From Cyanophora paradoxa CCMP329 (Eukaryota; Plantae; Glaucophyta), in contig QPMI01000568.1 in NCBI GenBank assembly GCA_004431415.1, positions 1 to 64,000 on the forward strand: DNA of 64,000 nt, written 5' to 3'. Under the pieces are notes generated by a model. It was not told where the DNA came from, did no database searches, and saw nothing but the letters and a program-made list of their open reading frames with translations. Shown here one piece after another: positions 56,291 through 64,000 of this stretch (positions within the stretch are counted from its first letter, which is position 1; the number at the start of each line of letters is the position of its first letter). Made by a program: the position numbers and the translations under genes.

Positions 56291-56535
56291 AATTTTATAT
56301 ATTCGTATAGTAGGAAATGGAGAAAATCTATATTGAGGTCCCTTTTGAACAAAAAGATGAAGCTAAAGCCCTTGGGGCTAAATGGGATGGTATGTCTTGA
56401 AACCTTCGAAAGATTACACCCGGTTGTATCGGTAAACACCTTATCGGTTATTGCTTTTATGCGCTCTTCTTCCGATAAATCTGGATTAACGTAAAATCCC
56501 AAATGATTCGCGAAATACTCTTTGGTAATCGCCAT
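56239..56535 (-). CDS. Hypothetical protein (3' end probably rearranged)
   Basis: AAAAAATGAC motif 32 nt upstream; the 3' part runs antisense through the DUF5710 fragment and the integrase end. Confidence 0.4.
   Translation of the reverse strand: MAITKEYFANHLGFYVNPDLSEEERIKAITDKVFTDTTGCNLSKVSRHTIPFSPKGFSFIFLFKRDLNIDFLHFLLYEYIKFYLVRILVLALIAGALS
56317..56400 (+). pseudogene. Truncated DUF5710-like ORF
   Basis: MEKIYIEVPFEQKDEAKALGAKWD followed by a stop three codons later. Confidence 0.55.
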
Positions 56536-56591
56536 GGTTACAGTGTGTAAACTTCTAAAAAAGGGGCGTCATTTTTTACCCGCGTTACATT

Positions 56592-57053
56592 TTACAAATA
56601 ATCAGGTCTTCTAAGTTCTTCTACCTCCATAAGTGAGAACATCTTAAAGATCTTACATATCTCACTTTCAGGATTATTAACATACCATAAACGATACTGA
56701 GGATCGTATATGGCGCCTTGTTTTTTTATGTATTTACGTAATGATGCCTGGGTAAATATACGTTTTGCCTCAATCTCCGGAAGTCTTGCTTTAATATCGG
56801 CAACGAAATAACGGGGACAATACTTTATAAAATACTCTTGGTCGATTTTGACAGGATGTTTAACAGGAAATTGCTTTAAAAGTTCGTTTTTTTCGTTTTC
56901 GACATACCATAACTGTAAAGCGGTATCCCATTTAGCCCCATTGTTTTCGAGAAGATCTTTATGTAATTCTGGATTCTCAATATCCAACATGAAAGCACCA
57001 TAGTAATTCATCGGTTCTTTCGTGGTGTTGCCGTAGTATACGAATGGATCCAT
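56592..57053 (-). CDS. Protein with two DUF5710-like repeats
   Basis: NNGAKWDTALQLWYV and KKQGAIYDPQYRLWYV. Confidence 0.6.
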   Translation of the reverse strand: MDPFVYYGNTTKEPMNYYGAFMLDIENPELHKDLLENNGAKWDTALQLWYVENEKNELLKQFPVKHPVKIDQEYFIKYCPRYFVADIKARLPEIEAKRIFTQASLRKYIKKQGAIYDPQYRLWYVNNPESEICKIFKMFSLMEVEELRRPDYL

Positions 57054-57116
57054 TTGTATTATATGTTTAACTTCTAAAAAAAAGATTGTCATTTTTTGTC
57101 CCGTTGAACATTTCAT

Positions 57117-57821
57117 TTAAATACCATGTTTTGAGAGAATACGGAATTTTGCACGATTGTAAAATTTCATTCTCTCTAACCAATCATCAGACTCTGGATC
57201 AAATGTTTTAAGCCAATTTTCAAAGTCTCTTGGCGATGAATGATTTAAACAATCACATGTTTTAGCTGAGATAATGTTTACCTTCGCACATTTCTTATCA
57301 CTACACATACAGTTACACATGTGAAATTCGGTCTCATTGTTTTCAATGCATTCCATCACATACTTAATCGTTCTTAAAGTGTGTGGATATTTCGGTTGTT
57401 CTCCGAGTTCTAATGGTTTCCGGTCTAATAAAGGAATGTAATTTAGAAGTTGTGGTTTAAAGTCTGTGATAAGATCGCATGCGTCTACACTTGAACATCC
57501 ATTTACAGAAAACCAAATTTTGCATATAACCTTTTCCAATTTAGGCGTTTTAGAATTTCCATGTGATGCTTTCCAATTCACATATGTGTAATCTTGCTTA
57601 CAGATTGGGCAACTTATCCATGTTTTAGATAGACTCAGATTAAGTGCAAATAAATTATCCGACTCACAGAATGGTTTTCCTTTACACGCTGGAAAAACAG
57701 AGATTTGTTTAACACTTGCTTTATACCAATCATCGAAACACTTTTTACAGAAGTTATGACCGCATTCTAATTGAGTCATACGATGACTTTTCATTTTATT
57801 AAAGCAAATAGGGCAATCCAT
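57117..57821 (-). CDS. RING-finger (C3HC4) protein, putative E3 ubiquitin ligase
   Basis: CPIC...LECGHNFCKKC...CPICK. Confidence 0.8.
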   Translation of the reverse strand: MDCPICFNKMKSHRMTQLECGHNFCKKCFDDWYKASVKQISVFPACKGKPFCESDNLFALNLSLSKTWISCPICKQDYTYVNWKASHGNSKTPKLEKVICKIWFSVNGCSSVDACDLITDFKPQLLNYIPLLDRKPLELGEQPKYPHTLRTIKYVMECIENNETEFHMCNCMCSDKKCAKVNIISAKTCDCLNHSSPRDFENWLKTFDPESDDWLERMKFYNRAKFRILSKHGI

Positions 57822-57849
57822 CGTTACTATATTTGATTGTTAAATTCTT

Positions 57850-58256
57850 GTCATTTTTTACGATAGACATTCTACTGTATGATTCTATTGTATCTCGTGG
57901 AAATAAAGGATTCCTTTGTTTTTCAACAATGGATACTGTTCGATATCCCCAAGGTAGATCTATCATTAAAAAAGGATATAGTATATCCTTTTTTCCGTAT
58001 AGATACAATAGAATCTTACAGTAAAACCACAGGGAGGGGGTCATGGGTAAAGAGAGAAAATGTGATTTATCAATAAAGTCGATAGATATATATGAGAGGC
58101 ATAGGTAGGGGGTCATGGTTTTTTGGGGAAAGTGAGCAAATTACGATTCCTATCGGGCATTGGTAAGGAATCGATCGTAAATTGCTTTGATTATCGATGA
58201 GGTCTATTAATGCGATGCGGGGTTTTAACTGTGAGGTTCACTACAAACCGACCGAC
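57850..58256 (-). repeat. Right terminal inverted repeat of element C
   Basis: Reverse complement of 30370-30787; ends in CCGACCGAC. Confidence 0.95.
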
Positions 58257-58630
58257 GAGGCATTCGGAATCGCAAGAGAATAAATCGATACATGCAAATA
58301 AATAAGAAACGAAACTACACTATAGCTAGCCCCTTCAATGTCTGCGAGGGGACTGCCCACAATGGCAATTAAGAAAAGCTGTACAAAGTTCAAGCTAACC
58401 TCAGGTCCATAAGCGCTGGCGGAGCCGGGCGCAATTCCGAACGCTGCAAATCAAAGCTGTACATGTATAACTACTTCTTACAACACCAATTGCAACGGCC
58501 GCAAGTTGAGCGCGCGCGATCGGTATTGAAAGTAAAATGTGACATGCACCTTCCAAGCTGACAGTTTCAAGCTTCATCGCTATCGATATTGATGCTCAAA
58601 GAAATTATACAATCCAGAGCCTGCAGCTGG

Positions 58631-61600
58631 TCACTGCACGCCGACGGAGGCGGCGGCCTTCTGGATGAGGAGGACGCGAATCGAGTCGACGGTCTCAATA
58701 ATTTCCGAAGGAATCATCAGCAGCTGCGCGCACGCGAATTTCGGGCGTCAGCAGGGCCCCGCGCGCTCTAGATCTCTTCCTCGGGCTCGAACGGAAGCGC
58801 ACGAGGAACATGGTGCGGCGCGCGTCGTCCTTGACGGACGTGATTGTCGTCCGGAACGCCAGGCTGCACGCGTACCAGGGGCGAAATCACTACAAGGGAA
58901 GCGAGCTGTGATTAAGGAAGATTAAGGAAGACGGACATGTACGCGGCGGCGACGACGCCGATGACGAGGCCCAGCATCGACTGCTGGATCCTCAGGTACT
59001 CCCCCAGCGTCTGCCGGGTGCGGCCCGTGTGAGCGCCGGCTGCAAGGCACGCTTCGAGGTGTGCTTCAAGGCACGCGCACCTGGTAGGCCTCCTTCTCGA
59101 GGAGGGAGTTGGCGGCCGCCAGCTGCGCCTCCAGCGTTGTTTCCGCGGCCGCGCGCAGCTCCTGCCGGCGCCGATGCGAGTCGAATCAGCGTCGCGTGTG
59201 ATCGGAGCACGAGCACGCGCGCGGCCGTCGCAATCGAGTTAAAATTCGCAGCGCTCAACGCTTACGCACGTGGAAGTGCGGGTTGTCCGGTGTGAGAAGG
59301 TGGCGCGGGGACCGCATGACCATGAGCGCATTCTGTGCACGCAGTCGTGAGCTCGACCTCGCAATTATTTCGCATTTGCAATATTAATTGCTGCAGACAT
59401 CTAGATGGATATGGCGCCTTGGGATGTGTTTTGAGCAGAGTACTAGTGCGGAGGGCGAGGTCGCGAGCGGATCTGGACCTCGATGTAGTAGTTGAGGTAG
59501 CGGCTGAGGCCGTTGCCGTTCTTGACGGCCGAGCAGGCGACGCGGTCGTCCAGGCACGAGGTCCCGAAGAGGAGCGTGTCCATCGCCCGCGTCCGCCCCG
59601 CGATCCCCGGCAGGCCCTCCGTCTTGTTCGCTGCCGCGACGCCCCGCGTCACCCGAAGCGTCCGAAGCTAACGCCATCGATGCATGCGCAATAGGCGCTC
59701 ACAATGTTCGAGGGACCGGTGCGCCACTGCAAGTCGGTGAATGGCGCCTTCCAACGCGTTGCGGTCTTCGATGTAGTCCTTTTCTGCGACATCAACATTG
59801 TGATAAGCACCCGTGCACGCCAAATCAGCGCCTTCTCGACGAAAAAAAGCACGAGCCAGTTGCATGACCCGCGCCGAATGTGCCCGCTCGTCCGACCAAG
59901 AGCTCTTGAGCATAGTAGAAGACCTGATCGCAACCGCGACGGAACCCGTCATCATCGCAATCGACGCAGTCCAACTGCAAGCGTGCGGGTGCGATGCCTC
60001 GGGCTTCGCACCATGCGAGTGAGGCTCTTGCGCAGGCCGCCGTAGTTGCGCTCCGCCGTGAAGTACTCGCAGCTCTGGCTCGCCACGTACGCGTAAACGA
60101 ACCTGACCGAGCGTTACGCGTGCGGTCAACGTCGTTGCTAGCGCTGTACACGCGTCGAAGAAAGCCGGAGACGCGGCTCACCAGACGAAGAAGACGAAGA
60201 AGAGGGCGAGGAAGGCGGCGACGTAGCGGATGGTGATGGCCGAGAAGCGCCTCTTCCCCTTCACGAAGATGCGGTGCAGCTTGCGCATCTGCACGGCGGC
60301 GACGTAAATAAGGGGCCACAAAAAGCAGATCAGATAAATAAGCGGCGACCTTGATGACCTCCTCGCGGGACTTGCCGGCCTCGGCGGCCCTCGCGAGCTC
60401 GGCCTCGAGGCGGGCGTCCTCGCCGGCGGCGGCGGCGGAGGCGGCGGCGCCCTTGGCGGCGAGCTTGCCCTTGCCGGCGCCGTGCTCGACGTTGAAGAGC
60501 GAGTCGTCGTCGTCGAACTCGTCATCCTCCTCGTCGTCCGTCATCGGGCCTGGGCGTGCGCGCGCGCGCGCGCGCGACCGTCAGAGTATGTCAGGCCGGA
60601 CCTATCTGCATCCGAGGATGTGTTTGTGACGGCTAGCTATATAGAGCTTCGCCGCGCTGAACATGGATTCAAAAGAATAGTAGGGGGCGGACCTTTGCCG
60701 AAGCGCATGATTTTGTGCTGCGGCCACAGAAAGGCATGATGTCGACACAAGTTCAGAAGTGCGGCGAGTGAGTACAAAAGCCGCCGCACCAGCGTCTGCT
60801 TGGGGATATCGAAGAACAGGCGAAGCATGTCCTCCTTTTCCTTGTGCACTGCGCCCCGGCCCCGCGTTCATCAACACGAAGACATCGACACGACACATCA
60901 ATGTCCGACGTAAACACACCGGCATTGATAGTCGGCCTGCGCAGGATGCACAATTTCGCAAGCTTAAGCTTAAGTTTGCGGTAACAGTCGGTATCGATAC
61001 GAATCAAGAAGAAGCCCACCTGAAGAAGAATATAGCCAGAACAAAGCATAAAATCGCGGCGGCGGCAAACATCGCGATAAGGAATGCTCTGAGAAAAAGA
61101 TGATGATCATGATGTTAGTTGGCCCCCATCAACATGTACAGGCCTATAGCTATCGCTAGCTATAGGAGGATCGGAAATCAAAATAGATCACCGGATGGCA
61201 GTGAAAGACTTGGAAGCTTGGTCGCTCTCTGCGTCCGCGTCCTGAACTAGAGCTTCGTAAATCTCGTCGACGTCCTTGGACCTGAACCAGATACGTATAC
61301 GCCGGTCAGCCGATCGGACGGCCATAGAAGCGAGCGGCTGTCGGGCCGGGGAGCGGGGCGTCGTGACGGCGCACAGGACGAAGAAGTCGTCGTTGGTCTC
61401 GGGGTCGGGGAACTCCTCCCGGAAGGCCGCGGGGGAGGGCCAGTGGAGGATGCCACGCCCCGCGTCGATCGTCTCGAACACTGCGCTCACGGTCATGATC
61501 AGACGTCGACGCGAGTTCGATCTCGGAGGCGGCGCTCCGTCGACGTTCCGAAGTTCGGCAGGCAGCGGCACGCGCAGCGCGCACCGGCGTCCCAGAGGGT

Positions 61601-62110
61601 GTGCTGGTTGGGGATGTGGACGGCGCTGTGGGCGGGCACCTTCTCCCGCTGCAGGCGGAACAGGGTGACCGGGCCCGACGAACGCGCCTCTTGTAGCTGC
61701 AAGTGATTTGTCTGCGCAGGAGTGAGTTCAGCGATTGCTCAGCGACGAGCGCGCGGGACCGGCGCGGGGCCACCTCGAGAGTGTTGATGTACGAGACGAG
61801 GTTCTTGCGGGCGTGCGCCTCGAGGGTGCCGTCCGTGTCCCACTCGGGGAGCCCGGCGAGGGCGAACATGCGCCCGTACACGGCGAGCGAGACGGAGAGG
61901 AAGCGCCGCGAGCCCGAGAGGCCCACGCGCGACACCCCCGTCTGCAATCGCAACATGGTTAATTCCATGTGAAATCGAAAACATTGAACAAATCAAATAG
62001 ATCAGTGACAGAGGCACACCTGATAGGCTAAGAGCAGATTGTCCTGAAGGAACGCATTCAAATCATGATCATCAGTTTTGGTCGAGTTCGAGCACAATTC
62101 GGCTTTACAT
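58631..62110 (-). CDS. Host multi-exon membrane protein, TmcB/TmcC-like C-terminal region (5' part apparently cut off by element D)
   Basis: TM helix followed by HKEKEDMLRLFFDIPK, and C-terminal RRTMFL/LMIPSEIIETVDSIR, both recalled as TmcB-like patterns. Exon structure not fully resolved. Confidence 0.45.
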
Positions 62111-62114
62111 GACA

Positions 62115-62225
62115 TTACACATAAATAAAAACAAATTTTAATCCCTCGCTCTATCGCTCAATTCGCGCTTCGCGCTCATTTCGCTCTGTCGCTCAGGATT
62201 AAAATTTGTTTTTATTTATGTGTAA
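62115..62225 (-). other. Terminal fold-back hairpin of element D
   Basis: 30-bp perfect arms (62115-62144 / 62196-62225); on the minus strand the inner stem has five tandem G.A mismatches and a GCGAAGC apex. Confidence 0.9.
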
Positions 62226-62588
62226 ATTAATCGAAAATATTTAAAAAATAAATCAAAAATTTTAATAAAATCAATTAAATTTAAATAAATTCGATTAAAT
62301 TAATTGGTATAATATCAATTAAATTATGATTTTATAAAAATTATATAAATTTTTGATAAATTACGTATTTCTCGATTGATTTATTGATATAAACGCGATT
62401 AATTTGTATTAAAATGAAAAATACGTATTTTTCGATTGATATAAACGCGATTAATATGTATTTTATGCAAATTCGATATAATCTCGATTGAAGGAACATA
62501 AATTTATGATATAATCACGATTGATATAATCACGATTGAAGTAGTCCACCGCCCATTCTATCGGAAAACGCAAAAATTCACACAGAGT

Positions 62589-62949
62589 TGCATTATGTCC
62601 AATTAAACAATCGATGAGATTGCGGCGTATTTTGTTGGATTAGATGGCTACTGCATTATGTCCAATTAAACAATCGATGAGATATCGGTTGAAAATAATT
62701 CACTCGTTACTGCATTATGTCCAATTAAACAATCGTTGAGATTGCGGCGTATTTTGTTGGAAGGGATGGTTACTGCATTATGTCCAATTAAACAATCGAT
62801 GAGATTGCGGTTCGATTTTTACTGTATCAAAAATGACCCCAGAGTTGCATTATGTCCAATTAAACAATCGATGAGATTGCGGTTCGATTTTTACTGTATC
62901 AAAAATGACCCCAGAGTTGCATTATGTCCAATTAAACAATCGATGAGAT
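62589..62949. repeat. Six copies of 32-bp TGCATTATGTCCAATTAAACAATCGATGAGAT with 27-40-bp inter-related spacers
   Basis: Copies at 62589, 62652, 62711, 62774, 62846 and 62918. Confidence 0.9.
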
Positions 62950-63021
62950 TGGATTCTGTTTTTTACTGTATCAAAATTGTGTTTCAAGTGTAACACGTCC
63001 AATTAATCAATCGATAATCAA

Positions 63022-63302
63022 TGTGTAACAGGTGAATCCCAACGTGTAACAGGTGAATCCCAAGGTGTAACGGATGAATCCCAAGGTGTAACGGGTGAAT
63101 CCCAAGGTGTAACGGATGAATCCCAAGGTGTAACGGATGAATCCCAACGTGTAACAGTTGAATCCCAAGGTGTAACGGATGAATCCCAACGTGTAACAGG
63201 TGAATCCCAAGGTGTAACGGGTGTAACAGGTAAATCCCAAAGTTTTGGGTTTTTGGCCTCCCTAGGAGCGAAGTTTGGGATTTACCTGTTACACCTGTTA
63301 CA
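63022..63302. repeat. About ten 21-bp units GTGTAAC(A/G)G(G/A)TGAATCCCAA(C/G), followed by inverted CCTGTTACA x2
   Basis: Direct inspection. Confidence 0.85.
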
Positions 63303-63353
63303 CATGACGATATTCAATAATACATGTTATATTTCTTCAAAATCTCAGTGTGA

Positions 63354-63752
63354 TTAACTCGGAAATCGCGCTGCTATCTGCTTCTCCGCTTTCTCCAACC
63401 CTGAAAAGATCTCTGTTATTCTCTCATCTATCAATTTAGATATTACGGAGGTCTTACTTTGCGCTTCTGTTCCGCAAGTGAATACATCAATCGCTAACAT
63501 TCCTTGATCCGAATAACAATGAGCGGTTAAATGGCTCTCATCGAGAAGTAATACCATCGCAAAACCCGGTGGCGAAACACCACCATCGAAAATCTCGCAA
63601 TGCTTGTGAACAACTCGGATACCTTGTTCTTGAATAATAGATTGAAAAAATTGCATTAACCACTTCGTTGTGGTGTCTATGTTGTCCAATCCCACCATCA
63701 ATGGATGATTGAACTTGTAATCTAACATAACATGGAAACCGCGATGATTCAT
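63354..63752 (-). CDS. speD: S-adenosylmethionine decarboxylase proenzyme
   Basis: GFAMVLLLDESHLTAHCY...LAIDVFTCG; intact. Confidence 0.85.
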   Translation of the reverse strand: MNHRGFHVMLDYKFNHPLMVGLDNIDTTTKWLMQFFQSIIQEQGIRVVHKHCEIFDGGVSPPGFAMVLLLDESHLTAHCYSDQGMLAIDVFTCGTEAQSKTSVISKLIDERITEIFSGLEKAEKQIAARFPS

Positions 63753-63792
63753 TTATGAATTATATAGAAAAATTAAAAACGAAATTGGTAGG

Positions 63793-63942
63793 ATGCGAAC
63801 GATCTTAGCAAAAGTATTTCCGTTTGAGTTGGTCGATATCATAATGCTCCATTATCATAAGACGTGTCCGAATTGCTTCGATACTTGCATAATAACCAAA
63901 GGTAAATGCGGAAAGATGCTCATTTCTCTTTCGAAACTTTAA
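63793..63942 (+). CDS. 49-aa Cys-containing microprotein
   Basis: MRTILAKVFPFELVDIIMLHYHKTCPNCFDTCIITKGKCGKMLISLSKL; orthologue of 12525-12674. Confidence 0.7.
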   Translation: MRTILAKVFPFELVDIIMLHYHKTCPNCFDTCIITKGKCGKMLISLSKL

Positions 63943-64000
63943 TCAAAATATAACATAATCGGCTTCTCTTCTATAACTATTCCCCATGTAGTCTTTTTTC
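63939..64000 (-). CDS. C-terminus of small zinc-ribbon protein (partial)
   Basis: KKTTWGIVIEEKPIMLYFD* matches KKTTSGIVIEDKPVVLYFD* of 12256-12528. Confidence 0.7.
   Translation of the reverse strand, partial: KKTTWGIVIEEKPIMLYFD

Larger units (their letters stand above)
30370..58256. mobile_element. Apparently complete endogenous Polinton-like virus C (~25.7 kb without the retroposon insert)
   Basis: TIRs at both ends; MCP, two minor capsid proteins, A32 ATPase, PolB-helicase and rve integrase; AT-rich against GC-rich flanks. Confidence 0.93.
62115..64000. mobile_element. Endogenous PLV element D (sister of B, opposite orientation, partial)
   Basis: Hairpin, AT-rich tract, iterons, AdoMetDC, 49-aa ORF and Zn-protein C-terminus in the same order as in B. 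Confidence 0.85.

Noticed and set aside
14305-62225. B and D hairpins as the two TIRs of one giant element
   Set aside because: Viral genes lie outside the pair and intron-rich host genes lie inside; the two ends are clearly diverged copies of the same end of sister elements.
62589-62949. CRISPR-like array (32-bp repeats, 27-40-bp spacers)
   Set aside because: Spacers are related to each other (1 resembles 3, 4 equals 5), the homologous array in B is a plain 72-bp tandem repeat, there are no cas genes, and the context is eukaryotic.

Overview
Eukaryotic (protist/algal-type) chromosomal window. Very GC-rich, intron-dense host DNA alternates with AT-rich endogenous Polinton-like viruses (PLVs). 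Four viral segments are visible. A (1-~2864) is a right end with a classical protein-primed PolB C-terminus and an rve integrase. B (~2865-14399) carries a patatin, a fibre/C1q cassette and an AdoMetDC, and ends in a hairpin. C (30370-58256) is apparently complete, with ~410-bp TIRs, double jelly-roll MCP, two minor capsid proteins, A32 ATPase, PolB-SF1 helicase-HNH fusion, rve integrase, patatin-discoidin, giant fibre, RING protein and AdoMetDC. D (62115-end) is a sister of B. Host DNA includes an APE-type LINE cut by element B, an SNase-like nuclease gene, an NRAMP transporter gene and a TmcB-like membrane protein gene. The most striking observations are: (1) B and D end in 3'-terminal fold-backs built from a GCGAAGC mini-hairpin and repeated tandem G.A mismatches, conserved in structure but not in sequence; (2) B, C and D all carry a stand-alone SAM decarboxylase next to a terminus, and B and C show context-specific CpG depletion; (3) one virion module is combined with different replication modules and different ends. 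All protein calls come from motifs recognised by eye; no database searches were run. Many single frameshifts may be long-read indel errors.
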